A stretch of 51,511 bases of DNA from Methylococcales bacterium. Lineage in GTDB: Bacteria; Pseudomonadota; Gammaproteobacteria; Methylococcales; DRLZ01. Location of the stretch: assembly GCA_036478815.1 (NCBI GenBank), contig JAZGEP010000209.1:1-51511 (forward strand). The letters are read 5' to 3'. The position numbers were made by a program, and so were the translations under genes. Shown here one piece after another: positions 1 to 9,939 of this stretch (the stretch's first letter is position 1; each line of letters begins with the position of its first letter). Under the pieces are notes generated by a model that saw only the letters and a program-made list of their open reading frames with translations, had not been told where the DNA came from and searched no databases.

Positions 1-99
1 ATAAACAGTTACATAGCTCACTATGCGCCTGTTGATGCGTCTTGAATATGATAAAAAATCCTGCGTAAAATTGTTAAAATATTTATGATCGAGTACTTA
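1..99. mobile_element. MITE, core-2 type with J-type terminus, truncated by the window edge
   Basis: ACAGTTACATAGCTCACTATGCGCCTGTT ... AAAAATCCTGCG ... TGTTAAAATATTTATGATCGAGTAC-TTA matches the right half of the full copy at 22613-22773. Confidence 0.75.
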
Positions 100-174
100 C
101 AACCGTAGCAGCAACGCGGAAGATGGATAAAAAGACAAGTCAGTTGACCCAAGTTATTGCGTGCACGTTCCTTA
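100..174. repeat. MITE right-half fragment with A-type terminus
   Basis: ...AAAAAGACAAGTCAGTTGACCCAAGTTATTGCGTGCACGTTCC-TTA. Similar to the half-copy at 4313-4390. Confidence 0.6.
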
Positions 175-936
175 GCCGGGTCGATTTGGATTTTTCCCTA
201 AGGCACGCCAAATTGGATACCAGACATCGTTGATATGCTGGTTCAATGGATCTTTGAGCTCTCCTTCCAAGTGTAGTTTGATCACGCTACATAGCAGCCC
301 CATAAAAGTACAATAGGCCAGCTTTGGTTGAACGCGTTCTAATTCTCCAGAATCCATTCCAGCCTTGAGAATATCGATCATTTGTTCATACGCAGGATAG
401 AATTCTGTGCTTGGCCTATTGTGTACCAAACCATTGTCTCTAGGGCAAAACAGAAGTTGTGCAACAGCTGGTGCTTGTTCGGTCAGGTCTAATGAAAATT
501 CCACAATAGAGCGCAAACAACCAATTGATGTCGTATTGTTTTCATCGATATCGGCAATTGTTTGATCAAGTCGCTGGATTAAGTCACAATGCAATGCTTC
601 AGCAATCGCTTCTTTGTTTTGAAAGTGTTTATAGAGGCTGGCTTTGGATAATTTTGCTTGTGTTGAAATATCAACCAGAGAAGTTTGATAAACACCTTTT
701 TCAGCAAATAAATTAAGCGAAGCATCAAGAATACTGTCGCGATCTTGATTGGTCTCGGGTTTTTGTTGTTTGCTTGTGTCTTTAGGTTGAGAAACAGAAC
801 CGGATATAGTTTCTTCTTGATGCGAAGAGACAGGGGTTTCTTGTTCAGTCGTTGGAAGATCTTCAATGCTAACTGATGTCAGCACTTCAGCTGATTCAGG
901 CTCGATCTCGATTATTGGTTGCCCACTTTCCGTCAT
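172..936 (-). CDS. TetR/AcrR-family transcriptional regulator with acidic low-complexity N-terminal extension
   Basis: 254-aa ORF. Canonical TetR HTH region RDSILDASLNLFAEKGVYQTSLVDISTQAKLSKASLYKHFQNKEAI follows a ~65-aa Ser/Thr/Glu/Pro-rich leader. The stop codon (172-174) coincides with the TTA flank of a MITE half-copy. Confidence 0.85.
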   Translation of the reverse strand: MTESGQPIIEIEPESAEVLTSVSIEDLPTTEQETPVSSHQEETISGSVSQPKDTSKQQKPETNQDRDSILDASLNLFAEKGVYQTSLVDISTQAKLSKASLYKHFQNKEAIAEALHCDLIQRLDQTIADIDENNTTSIGCLRSIVEFSLDLTEQAPAVAQLLFCPRDNGLVHNRPSTEFYPAYEQMIDILKAGMDSGELERVQPKLAYCTFMGLLCSVIKLHLEGELKDPLNQHINDVWYPIWRALGKNPNRPG

Positions 937-1148
937 TGATGCAGTGGTTAAAGCCGGATTTTAAGCAATTTTTCTAAGTTTCGAAAATACAATGCTATTA
1001 GCAACAGAAATTGGGTCATCATTCTTATGCGCCATCATAGCACTTAAACAGGTAAACGAAATTATGATGAGATAGTTTGTCCAACGTGGAATCTGGACAT
1101 AAGCATGAGTTGTTAGTTGCGGTTGTTGTAAAATTCACGTTATTAACT

Positions 1149-1496
1149 CTAACTGCGTGCAGCTTGCTCTTTTGCTGCAATCGCCATTTTCTCCATTTCT
1201 TTGACGCGTTCAATAGCCATATTAAAAAGTGACATTCCAACATCAAGTAATAAACGCCAGATTTCAGGTTTTTTCCACAGAGTATAGCCGGCATAAGCAA
1301 CAAGACCAGTTGTTGCCAGCACCGAAAGAATGGCCGGTATCCCGATGAACACCAAGACTCGCTGTAGTTGAAACATTAGATCTAAAGGAATCAGTAGCAA
1401 TGTGGCAAAATACACGATTACGATAAAAATAAAGACTGTAAACAGAATGAACTGAAAAAACCGGATTAAAATTAGATCGATGTTTATTTGCTTCAT
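1149..1496 (-). CDS. hypothetical small integral membrane protein
   Basis: 115-aa ORF with 2-3 strongly hydrophobic segments (ILFTVFIFIVIVYFATLLLIPL; VFIGIPAILSVLATTGLVAYAGY). No recognisable family. Confidence 0.5.
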   Translation of the reverse strand: MKQINIDLILIRFFQFILFTVFIFIVIVYFATLLLIPLDLMFQLQRVLVFIGIPAILSVLATTGLVAYAGYTLWKKPEIWRLLLDVGMSLFNMAIERVKEMEKMAIAAKEQAARS

Positions 1497-1810
1497 TGTT
1501 TATTGTGATGTTGTGACTTGAGTGATTGATAGACGATTTTTATAAATTGACACTTTGTATGATTACGACTTTTCAACGGCTGGTTTTTATTGATGGCTCA
1601 TCACTAAATATAGTTGCTTATACTGTTATGCGCCTGTTTTAGCGCTTTACTCTCGAAAAAACCCAACTCACTAGAAAACCCAGAACCGTGCCCGCACGAA
1701 GCCTATCCAGACACCGAGCACTCAAAATCTACTTGAGTTATGCGTTAGATCATTGACGAATTGATAGACAACAATTGTACTCTATTTTTGCAGTTCTTTC
1801 TATTTTGGCG

Positions 1811-1946
1811 ATAGATATCTCCGCAGATGATGATTTAGCATTTTGTATGCGCACTTTTTTGCGGATAGTTGTGTTGGAAAACCTTGCTGTAGAGTAGAGG
1901 TTTCCCGCTATACTCTCCACAACAACCCACACACAAAATGCTAAAT
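1811..1946. repeat. degenerate F-type repeat
   Basis: Shares the identical 25-mer TGCGGATAGTTGTGTTGGAAAACCT (1860-1884) and ATTTAGCAT...TATACTCTCC blocks with the copy at 48951-49114. Confidence 0.55.
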
Positions 1947-1955
1947 CCTTGCTCC

Positions 1956-2113
1956 TAAGGAGCGTACAAGGATTAACTTGAACAACTGTCTTGTCTTTTA
2001 GTCCGTCTTCTGCGTTGTAGTAACAGCTACATAGCCTGCTATGCGCTTGTTGCTACGCCTTGAACACGAACAAAAACCCTACGCCAGTTGTTCAAGTTAT
2101 TCCATCCACGTTT
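1956..2113. mobile_element. MITE, core-2, degenerate A-type termini
   Basis: TAAGGAGCGTACAAGGATTAACTTGAACAA ... ACAGCTACATAGCCTGCTATGCGCTTGTT ... TTGTTCAAGTTATTCCATCCACGTT. Confidence 0.7.
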
Positions 2114-2118
2114 TTTAA

Positions 2119-2814
2119 TTATTCAATGTCTCGGTGTTGTCGCTCTTTCGGTAGAAAAAACTGAAAAAGAATTGCACCGATAAAAAATCCCGCCAAATGT
2201 CCGGCCCATGACAGTGAGGTTAATTCATCGCTGGTTAATGTAGTTGTTAAGTCATGAAATTGAAAGATTACCCACACACCTAAAAAAGCAATCGCTGGGA
2301 TTTCGATAAAAATTGGCAGGAACAATATCGGAATCCACACCACGATTTTGGCATACGGAAACAGAAACATATAAGCGCCCAGAATACCGGCCAGCGCACC
2401 GGATGCGCCAACAACAGGGAGTGGGGAATTCGTTGCAACAAGAACAACAATTAAATTAGCGCCAATACCGCAGAAGAAATAAAATAGTATAAAACGCAAC
2501 TTGCCCATATCATCTTCGATATCATCACCAAAGATCCATAACATCCACATATTCATGAGTAAATGCATCCAGCTGGAATGCATGAACAGACTGATTACGA
2601 ATGGCCAATAATTAGTAGCGGATGTTTTGGTAATCAGTGCCCACATCGGGTTGTTATAGCGTGCTGGAACCAATCCGTATTGTTGAAATAATGCGAACAG
2701 GTAACCATCAGGTAATGTTTGAAGATAGCCAAAAATAGCGATATTAATCGCTATCAAGCTCCAGGTGATATAAGGTGTGTTGCGGACTTCCAGTGTGTCT
2801 CGAAAAGGAATCAT
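2119..2814 (-). CDS. rhomboid-family intramembrane serine protease
   Basis: 231-aa polytopic ORF with rhomboid signatures HSSWMHLLMNMWMLWIFG and catalytic GASGALAGILGAY plus a downstream His (WAGHLAGF). Confidence 0.9.
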   Translation of the reverse strand: MIPFRDTLEVRNTPYITWSLIAINIAIFGYLQTLPDGYLFALFQQYGLVPARYNNPMWALITKTSATNYWPFVISLFMHSSWMHLLMNMWMLWIFGDDIEDDMGKLRFILFYFFCGIGANLIVVLVATNSPLPVVGASGALAGILGAYMFLFPYAKIVVWIPILFLPIFIEIPAIAFLGVWVIFQFHDLTTTLTSDELTSLSWAGHLAGFFIGAILFQFFLPKERQHRDIE

Positions 2815-3362
2815 AAGTTCTGTTGCTTGAGTCTAGCCCGGATTTCTCTCACGTTTTTAATTTCTGGCAAGTCGTACCAGAAATATTTCATTCAGAGCAC
2901 AAGAGCAATCATTCCAGACTTCAAAACCAATCCTGCGCTGATGATGCGATTTCTGGGGATTCCATGGGCGGTATTGTATGTCAACGACACAATTGCCAGT
3001 GTTTAGACAACACTTTCCCTGATAACCCCATTTGTGTTGTTGAGGTGATACTTGTTTCACACTGACCTGGCTGATTAGGCTAACAGCGCATCCGGCTGAA
3101 ATGCTGCAAATTGCCAAGCACCTGTATCTAAGAGAACAGCATAGGGGTAACTTTCGGATAAGGTAACCCAGACCTTGCGCACGGTGACGCTGATTTTGAG
3201 TGGTTTCAGCCGAATGGTTCCACATTGCGCTTGATTCAACTCAGTTCCCTCGAGCTCAACACGATGCAAGGGTTGCAAGCGCATCCGTCTGTGGCATCAA
3301 TGTCCATAATCAGTTCACTCGGTGCCGTTGCGAATGATTCAAGAAACAGCTCCACCATCAAC

Positions 3363-3525
3363 TTAGGTGGTTTGACGAAACAAAGTTACCAACCTTGCTC
3401 GTCTTTTTGCTCTTGACTAAACACTCTCAATCGTTGCGTAGAACAACTATGCTCCTCTTGTGATTGTTCAGTCAGCAACAAAAATCCTGTGCCATCATTG
3501 TTCAAGTTATTCAATGCACGTTCCT
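3363..3525. mobile_element. MITE, core-1, hybrid termini (B-type left, A-type right)
   Basis: TTAGGTGGTTTGACGAAACAAAGTTACCAACCTTGC ... core hairpin ... CATTGTTCAAGTTATTCAATGCACGTTCC. It abuts a solo C-type end (ATTCTCGGACGGCCTCCTAA, to 3546). Confidence 0.75.
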
Positions 3526-3556
3526 ATTCTCGGACGGCCTCCTAACTGATTAAATT

Positions 3557-3856
3557 TTACTTCATCATTGAACGTTTGAACAAGCGATCCAGTTTTTCAC
3601 TGGTTGCTATAGAAGCTTGTTCTGCGGCATTGGCGGCGGCGGCGGCATCATTAGCGCTTGACTCGGCACGTTGTGCAGATGCATTCGCTTCTTCAACTGA
3701 AGCCAATGCATTTTTCGCCGTTTGATCTGTGCTGGCTAAATCAGCTTTCAATGCAGACATATCGCTTTTTAATGTGTCGACATCAGAATTTGATGCACAC
3801 CCAGTTAGTCCGATTAGCAAACAAATGGTTACGATTTTGATACTATGATTTTTCAT
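3557..3856 (-). CDS. Lpp-like alanine-rich coiled-coil lipoprotein with C-terminal Lys
   Basis: Lipobox LIGLTGC after a signal peptide, an Ala-rich heptad-like body, and a terminal ...RSMMK. I prefer the ATG at 3856 (GGGAG 11 nt upstream) over the ORF-track start at 3883. Confidence 0.7.
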   Translation of the reverse strand: MKNHSIKIVTICLLIGLTGCASNSDVDTLKSDMSALKADLASTDQTAKNALASVEEANASAQRAESSANDAAAAANAAEQASIATSEKLDRLFKRSMMK

Positions 3857-3913
3857 CCTTATCACTCCCTGGTTATTTAACATATTGGTATAGAAAATAA
3901 TGAATACTATTAT

Positions 3914-4078
3914 TTAGGAACGTGCGTGGAATAACTTGAACAATGATGGCGCAGGATTTTTGTTGCTGACGAAACGATCTCAAGAGGCGCATAGTTGTTC
4001 TACACAACGATTGAGATCGTTTCGTCAGGAGCAAAAAGACCAGCCGGAATGTTCAAGTTATTTCATGCACGTTCCTTA
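3914..4078. mobile_element. MITE, core-1, A-type termini, TTA/TTA flanks
   Basis: TTA-GGAACGTGCGTGGAATAACTTGAACA ... CTGACGAAACGATCTCAAGAGGCGCATAG...TTGAGATCGTTTCGTCAG ... TGTTCAAGTTATTTCATGCACGTTCC-TTA. Confidence 0.9.
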
Positions 4079-4146
4079 CGCAAGTCTGACATCCATTTCG
4101 TCGATTCTGATCACCACTGCCGTCATGGTTCTTCGTTACATGTGGG

Positions 4147-4312
4147 CTAGGAGGCTGTCCGAGAATAGAGAGCCTACTGCGGAAAAGCGGATTTTGGCCC
4201 ATTTTTCCGATTAAATTCGTTTAATACAGCAAGTATTCGCCTCATTTAATCGAAAAGATGGACGCAAAACCGCTTTTCTCGTTACGGCTTCTATTCTCGG
4301 ACAGCCTTCTAG
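4147..4312. mobile_element. MITE, C-type (CTAG-GAGGCTGTCCGAGAATAG termini)
   Basis: 166 bp with ~20-bp terminal inverted repeats. Near-identical to the copy at 48209-48374. Confidence 0.9.
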
Positions 4313-4390
4313 ACTATTGAAACTGTTGCTGCAACGCAGAAAACAAACAGACAAACCGAGGTTGTGTGAGTTGTTTCATGCACGTTCATA
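4313..4390. repeat. MITE right-half fragment (A-like terminus)
   Basis: GTTGCTGCAACGCAGAAAACAAACAGACAAACC...GTTGTTTCATGCACGTTCATA resembles 100-174. Confidence 0.55.
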
Positions 4391-4411
4391 AGCAGTTACT
4401 ATGTTCTGTTG

Positions 4412-4975
4412 CTATTGAACCAGAACAACGGTGCCTGTTTTTATCCAGTGTCCAAGTCGATCAATTTGTTGGTTGGTCAGTGCGATACAACCACGTGTCC
4501 AGTTAACGCGCTTGTGTAGATCTGGATCGGCGTTTCCCAACCCATGAATTCCAAGCATGCCACCTAGCGCCGTATATTGTGATGGTGTTTTGTAGCGTCG
4601 ATGCGCCGTTTTGATTTGTTTGGCAATTGATTCTGTTGTCCTGCCGTCAGTTAATGCACGTTCAGCATCCTCTACACTGGGATAGTTAAAACCATAAAAA
4701 GTTCGATACCGGCTTTTGTGATTCACCCAGGTTATGCGATAGCGTCCTAACGGGGTTTTATTATCACCAGTTTGTTTTGTCAATGTTGTGCCACCTTGGC
4801 CAATTGCAATGTTTTTGAAAATCTCTAGTGAGACTTCGCCCCTAAACACTGTTAAAATCTGCCGGTCGGTATCGACATGAACCCAAATCCCTTGTTGCTG
4901 GGCTGAGCAAAATCCAGACCAGATTAGAGCAGTGAATATTGCAGTCGCGTAAAATAATGATCTAAACATAAACAT
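4412..4975 (-). CDS. L,D-transpeptidase (YkuD domain), secreted
   Basis: 187-aa ORF with a signal peptide (ATAIFTALIWSGFCSA) and the YkuD active-site region GIHGLGNADPDLHKRVNWTRGCIALTN (His ... Gly-Cys). Confidence 0.85.
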   Translation of the reverse strand: MFMFRSLFYATAIFTALIWSGFCSAQQQGIWVHVDTDRQILTVFRGEVSLEIFKNIAIGQGGTTLTKQTGDNKTPLGRYRITWVNHKSRYRTFYGFNYPSVEDAERALTDGRTTESIAKQIKTAHRRYKTPSQYTALGGMLGIHGLGNADPDLHKRVNWTRGCIALTNQQIDRLGHWIKTGTVVLVQ

Positions 4976-5043
4976 TGATGGCTGTTATCATACTATAACT
5001 CTAATATATTTATCTACTCTTCTTATTGAATTCAATCTCTTAA

Positions 5044-6702
<1,659 letters not shown>

Positions 6703-6728
6703 TCAATGATAAAAGGTATCGCTGGCAT

Positions 6729-7193
6729 TCATTTGAAACCTAGCTGATGCCAGGCATGATACAACACAACAGCAACGCTGTTGGATAGATTAATACTACG
6801 TTGCCCTATGCGCATCGGTATATATAAACGGTGTTTGTCTGGAAGTTGATCGAGAACCTGTTGGGGTAGACCGCGGGTTTCCGGCCCAAATAACAAAACA
6901 TCGCCAGCTTGGTAATCAATATCTGTATAGGCTTGCGAACCGCGTGTTGTTAGCGCAAGAATACGTTCTGGCTGTATGGCGGTAACGCAGTCATCAAGTG
7001 ACTGATGCTGAGTGATATTCTGCCACTCGGCATAGTCAAGCCCGGCACGTCTCAGTCTTTTATCGTCGAGCTCAAAGCCTAGTGGCTTAATCAAGTGTAA
7101 TTGTGCGCCTGTATTGGCGCACAATCGAATGATGTTGCCTGTATTTGGGGGGATTTCCGGTTCGTATAGAACGATTTGTATCGGACAACTCAA
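6729..7193 (-). CDS. trmL: tRNA (cytidine/uridine-34 2'-O)-methyltransferase, SpoU/TrmL type
   Basis: 154 aa. IVLYEPEIPPNTGNIIRLCANTG closely matches the E. coli TrmL N-terminus. C-terminal knot motif SINLSNSVAV. Apparent TTG start. Confidence 0.9.
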   Translation of the reverse strand: MSCPIQIVLYEPEIPPNTGNIIRLCANTGAQLHLIKPLGFELDDKRLRRAGLDYAEWQNITQHQSLDDCVTAIQPERILALTTRGSQAYTDIDYQAGDVLLFGPETRGLPQQVLDQLPDKHRLYIPMRIGQRSINLSNSVAVVLYHAWHQLGFK

Positions 7194-7249
7194 TTTATCT
7201 AACCTTGCTATTCAGTGTGCCCCAGCATCAATTCTTATGATAATAATTT

Positions 7250-7370
7250 GTAACTACTCAGATTGCCCTCTCATGTACAAGAGCAGGGCGAAAGTACGGA
7301 GTTTACAGGTGTAAATGAGCACTTTCCAGGCAGCGATTGGGCAAAATAGAAGGTAAGCTGAGTAGTTACC
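7250..7370. mobile_element. MITE, D-type (GTAACTACTCAG termini) with 8-bp target duplication
   Basis: Termini GTAACTACTCAGATTGCCCTCT / reverse complement GGTAACTACTCAGCTTACCTTCT. Flanked by AATAATTT at 7242-7249 and 7371-7378. Confidence 0.85.
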
Positions 7371-7377
7371 AATAATT

Positions 7378-9876
7378 TTACTTAGGATTAACAGGTGTCA
7401 GTTTCCAAATGTCGCGATTATAGTCAAGAATGGTACGGTCGCTTGAAAACTTTCCACTGGTAGCACAATTGATAATACTCATTTGTGTCCAGTGTTTCTG
7501 GTCTTGATAAGCGATATCCACTTTGTTTTGTGTATCTACAAAACTGCGGAAATCGGCAATCGTCATCCACGGATCATGAGGGTTGTACAAGGAGTTGATG
7601 ATATCGTTAAACAAACCGGGCTCAAACTGGTTGAAATGACTGCATGTCAGCAATTCCATGACTTGTTTTAAATCGCTGTCAGCTTCAATGAGTGCTTGCG
7701 GATTATAATGCGAGCGCAAGTCTTCAACTTCGCTTTCAGTTAAACCAAACAAGAAGAAATTCTTTTCGCCAGCCTCTTCCATAATTTCGATATTGGCACC
7801 ATCCAGTGTGCCAATGGTCAGTGCGCCATTCATCATCAGTTTCATGTTTCCAGTGCCAGATGCTTCTTTTCCGGCGGTGGATATTTGTTCTGATAAGTCG
7901 GTGCCCGGACTGATGATTTCCATTGCTGAAACACGATAGTTGGGTATGAAGACCAGTTTTAACAGGTCACCAACATCGGGATCATTGTTAACCACTTCAG
8001 CGACGTTGTGGATTAATTTGATGATCAGCTTCGCCATCACATAGCCAGGTGCCGCCTTACCACCGATAATGATGCAACGCGGTGTCATAGTTGCTGTGTC
8101 ACCGTTTTTGATTCGATTGTAGCGATAAATCACATGCAATACGTTTAACAATTGACGCTTGTATTCATGGATGCGTTTTACCTGTACGTCGAACAGTGCT
8201 TCTGGATTGACTACAATTCCAGTTGATTCCTCGATATAGTCTTTTAAGCGTAATTTGTTGTCTTGTTTGACGGTTTGCCATTGTTTCTGAAATTTCGCTT
8301 TACTGGCATAAGGTGTGAGTTTTGAGAGTTGTGTCAAGTCAGTCAACCAACTCTTTCCAATGGTATCCGTGAGTAATTTGGTCTGAGTGGGATTGCTTAA
8401 TGCAATCCAGCGTCGAGGTGTGACACCATTGGTTTTGTTGTTGAATTTCTCAGGCCAGAGTTCATAAAAATCACTAAATAATCCTGCTTTGAGCAAGTCA
8501 GTATGTAATTGTGCAACGCCATTCACTGAAAAACTACCGACAATGGCTAAATAAGCCATACGAATTTGCTGTTCTCCACCTTCTTCAACTATGGATAGCA
8601 GTTGTAATTTATGCAGTTGTGCCGGCCAGCGTTTAGACACTTCCGCCAGAAAACGTGCGTTGATTTCCAGAATAATTTCAAGAATACGAGGTAGTAAATC
8701 TTGAAGCATACGCACAGACCAGCGCTCCAGTGCTTCAGGAAGCAGAGTATGGTTGGTGTATGCCATGGTTTGGCTGGTGATATTCCAAGCTTTTTCCCAA
8801 CCCATTCCATACTCATCCATGAATAAACGCATCAGCTCAGGAATGGCAATAGTTGGATGGGTATCGTTGAGTTGGAAACAGTTTTTCTCGGCAAAGGTAT
8901 CGAAATTTTCGCCATGCGTACTGATCCATTTGTCGAGCTTATCCTGCACGCTAGCGGATGCAAGAAAGTATTGTTGGCGTAAGCGCAGTTCCTTGCCGTT
9001 TTCGCTGGAATCATTGGGATAAAGTACCATGGTGATGTTTTCAGCCAGGTTTTTATCGGCAACCGATTCGGTGTAACTGCCGGCATTAAATTCGCCCAGA
9101 TCAAATTCATCAGTCGCTTCTGATTTCCACAGCCTGAGGGTGTTAACTGTGCCGTTTTCAAAACCTGGGATTGGTACATCGTAAGGCACGGCCAATACAT
9201 CGCGGGTATTGACCCAGCGACGACTTGAAACGCCATTGTTGTCAGTGAATAACTCAGTGTGTCCACCAAACTTGATGCGCCGTGTCAGTTCCGGGCGTTC
9301 AATATCCCAGACATGACCGTTGCGCAACCAGCGATCGGGTTCTTCAATCTGATGGCCTTCGTGGATTTCTTGACGGAACATGCCATATTCATAGCGAATC
9401 CCGTAGCCTTTAACCGGCAACTGCAAGGTTGCGCAACTATCTATAAAACATGCTGCGAGTCGTCCTAAACCGCCATTGCCGAGACCGGCATCTGGCTCAA
9501 TTTCAATCAGTTCGGCAATATCAACACCAAGCTCTTTCAGTGCAGCCGTGGTTTCGTCCCAAAGCCCAAGATTCAAAATAGAGTTGCCGAGAGAGCGCCC
9601 CATTAAAAATTCTAGTGATAGATAACAGGTTTGGCGACTATCCGCATCATCTTGTGCATAATGCGTATCTCTCCAGCGCTCCATCAGTCGATCACGTATT
9701 GCCAAGGCGACTGCTGAGTAAACATAAAACACCGACTGGCAACTTTTATCTCTAGCCAGTGAGTGTGAGTAATGATGTTTGATGTCTTTTAATAACGAGT
9801 CTTTATCCATGCCCAAGGCTGGGACATCGGTAAATGTGGTGCACAAATTGCTATGTTTAAATGTTCGAGTTGGCAT
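7378..9876 (-). CDS. glgP: glycogen/maltodextrin phosphorylase
   Basis: GT35 phosphorylase with the PLP-lysine motif EASGTGNMKLMMNGALTIGTLDGANIEI. The ORF is open to 9939; ATG 9876 (MPTRTF...) fits the family length better. Confidence 0.95.
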   Translation of the reverse strand: MPTRTFKHSNLCTTFTDVPALGMDKDSLLKDIKHHYSHSLARDKSCQSVFYVYSAVALAIRDRLMERWRDTHYAQDDADSRQTCYLSLEFLMGRSLGNSILNLGLWDETTAALKELGVDIAELIEIEPDAGLGNGGLGRLAACFIDSCATLQLPVKGYGIRYEYGMFRQEIHEGHQIEEPDRWLRNGHVWDIERPELTRRIKFGGHTELFTDNNGVSSRRWVNTRDVLAVPYDVPIPGFENGTVNTLRLWKSEATDEFDLGEFNAGSYTESVADKNLAENITMVLYPNDSSENGKELRLRQQYFLASASVQDKLDKWISTHGENFDTFAEKNCFQLNDTHPTIAIPELMRLFMDEYGMGWEKAWNITSQTMAYTNHTLLPEALERWSVRMLQDLLPRILEIILEINARFLAEVSKRWPAQLHKLQLLSIVEEGGEQQIRMAYLAIVGSFSVNGVAQLHTDLLKAGLFSDFYELWPEKFNNKTNGVTPRRWIALSNPTQTKLLTDTIGKSWLTDLTQLSKLTPYASKAKFQKQWQTVKQDNKLRLKDYIEESTGIVVNPEALFDVQVKRIHEYKRQLLNVLHVIYRYNRIKNGDTATMTPRCIIIGGKAAPGYVMAKLIIKLIHNVAEVVNNDPDVGDLLKLVFIPNYRVSAMEIISPGTDLSEQISTAGKEASGTGNMKLMMNGALTIGTLDGANIEIMEEAGEKNFFLFGLTESEVEDLRSHYNPQALIEADSDLKQVMELLTCSHFNQFEPGLFNDIINSLYNPHDPWMTIADFRSFVDTQNKVDIAYQDQKHWTQMSIINCATSGKFSSDRTILDYNRDIWKLTPVNPK

Positions 9877-9939
9877 ATTGATATGGATTACTTGATTAAT
9901 AATTGATGTTCTGAAGCCTTGCAGCGGTATTTTGAACAA

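Noticed and set aside
2815-3340. ~520 bp with only short ORFs, including a 69-aa - strand ORF (3075..3284) containing LLDTGAW, reminiscent of a retropepsin-like DTG motif
   Set aside because: A single tripeptide-level resemblance. There is no second half of an aspartic protease fold in any frame, no RBS, and the overlapping alternative ORFs look equally unconvincing. It may be a decayed gene, but I cannot support a call.
4147-4150. CTAG at both ends of C-type MITEs as a 4-bp target duplication (IS5-like)
   Set aside because: CTAG is palindromic, so it fits equally well as the outermost part of the inverted repeat. This cannot be decided without an empty site.
3936-4214. 92-aa ORF (also 29595..29864, 16649..16837, 38470..38809, 48217..48453)
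   Set aside because: These ORFs lie entirely within MITE copies. The 3936 and 29595 ORFs translate to near-identical peptides (NNDGAGFLLL.KRS.EAHSCSTQRLR.FRQEQKD.PECS.YFMHV) only because the repeat is the same. They have no RBS and no protein-like composition.
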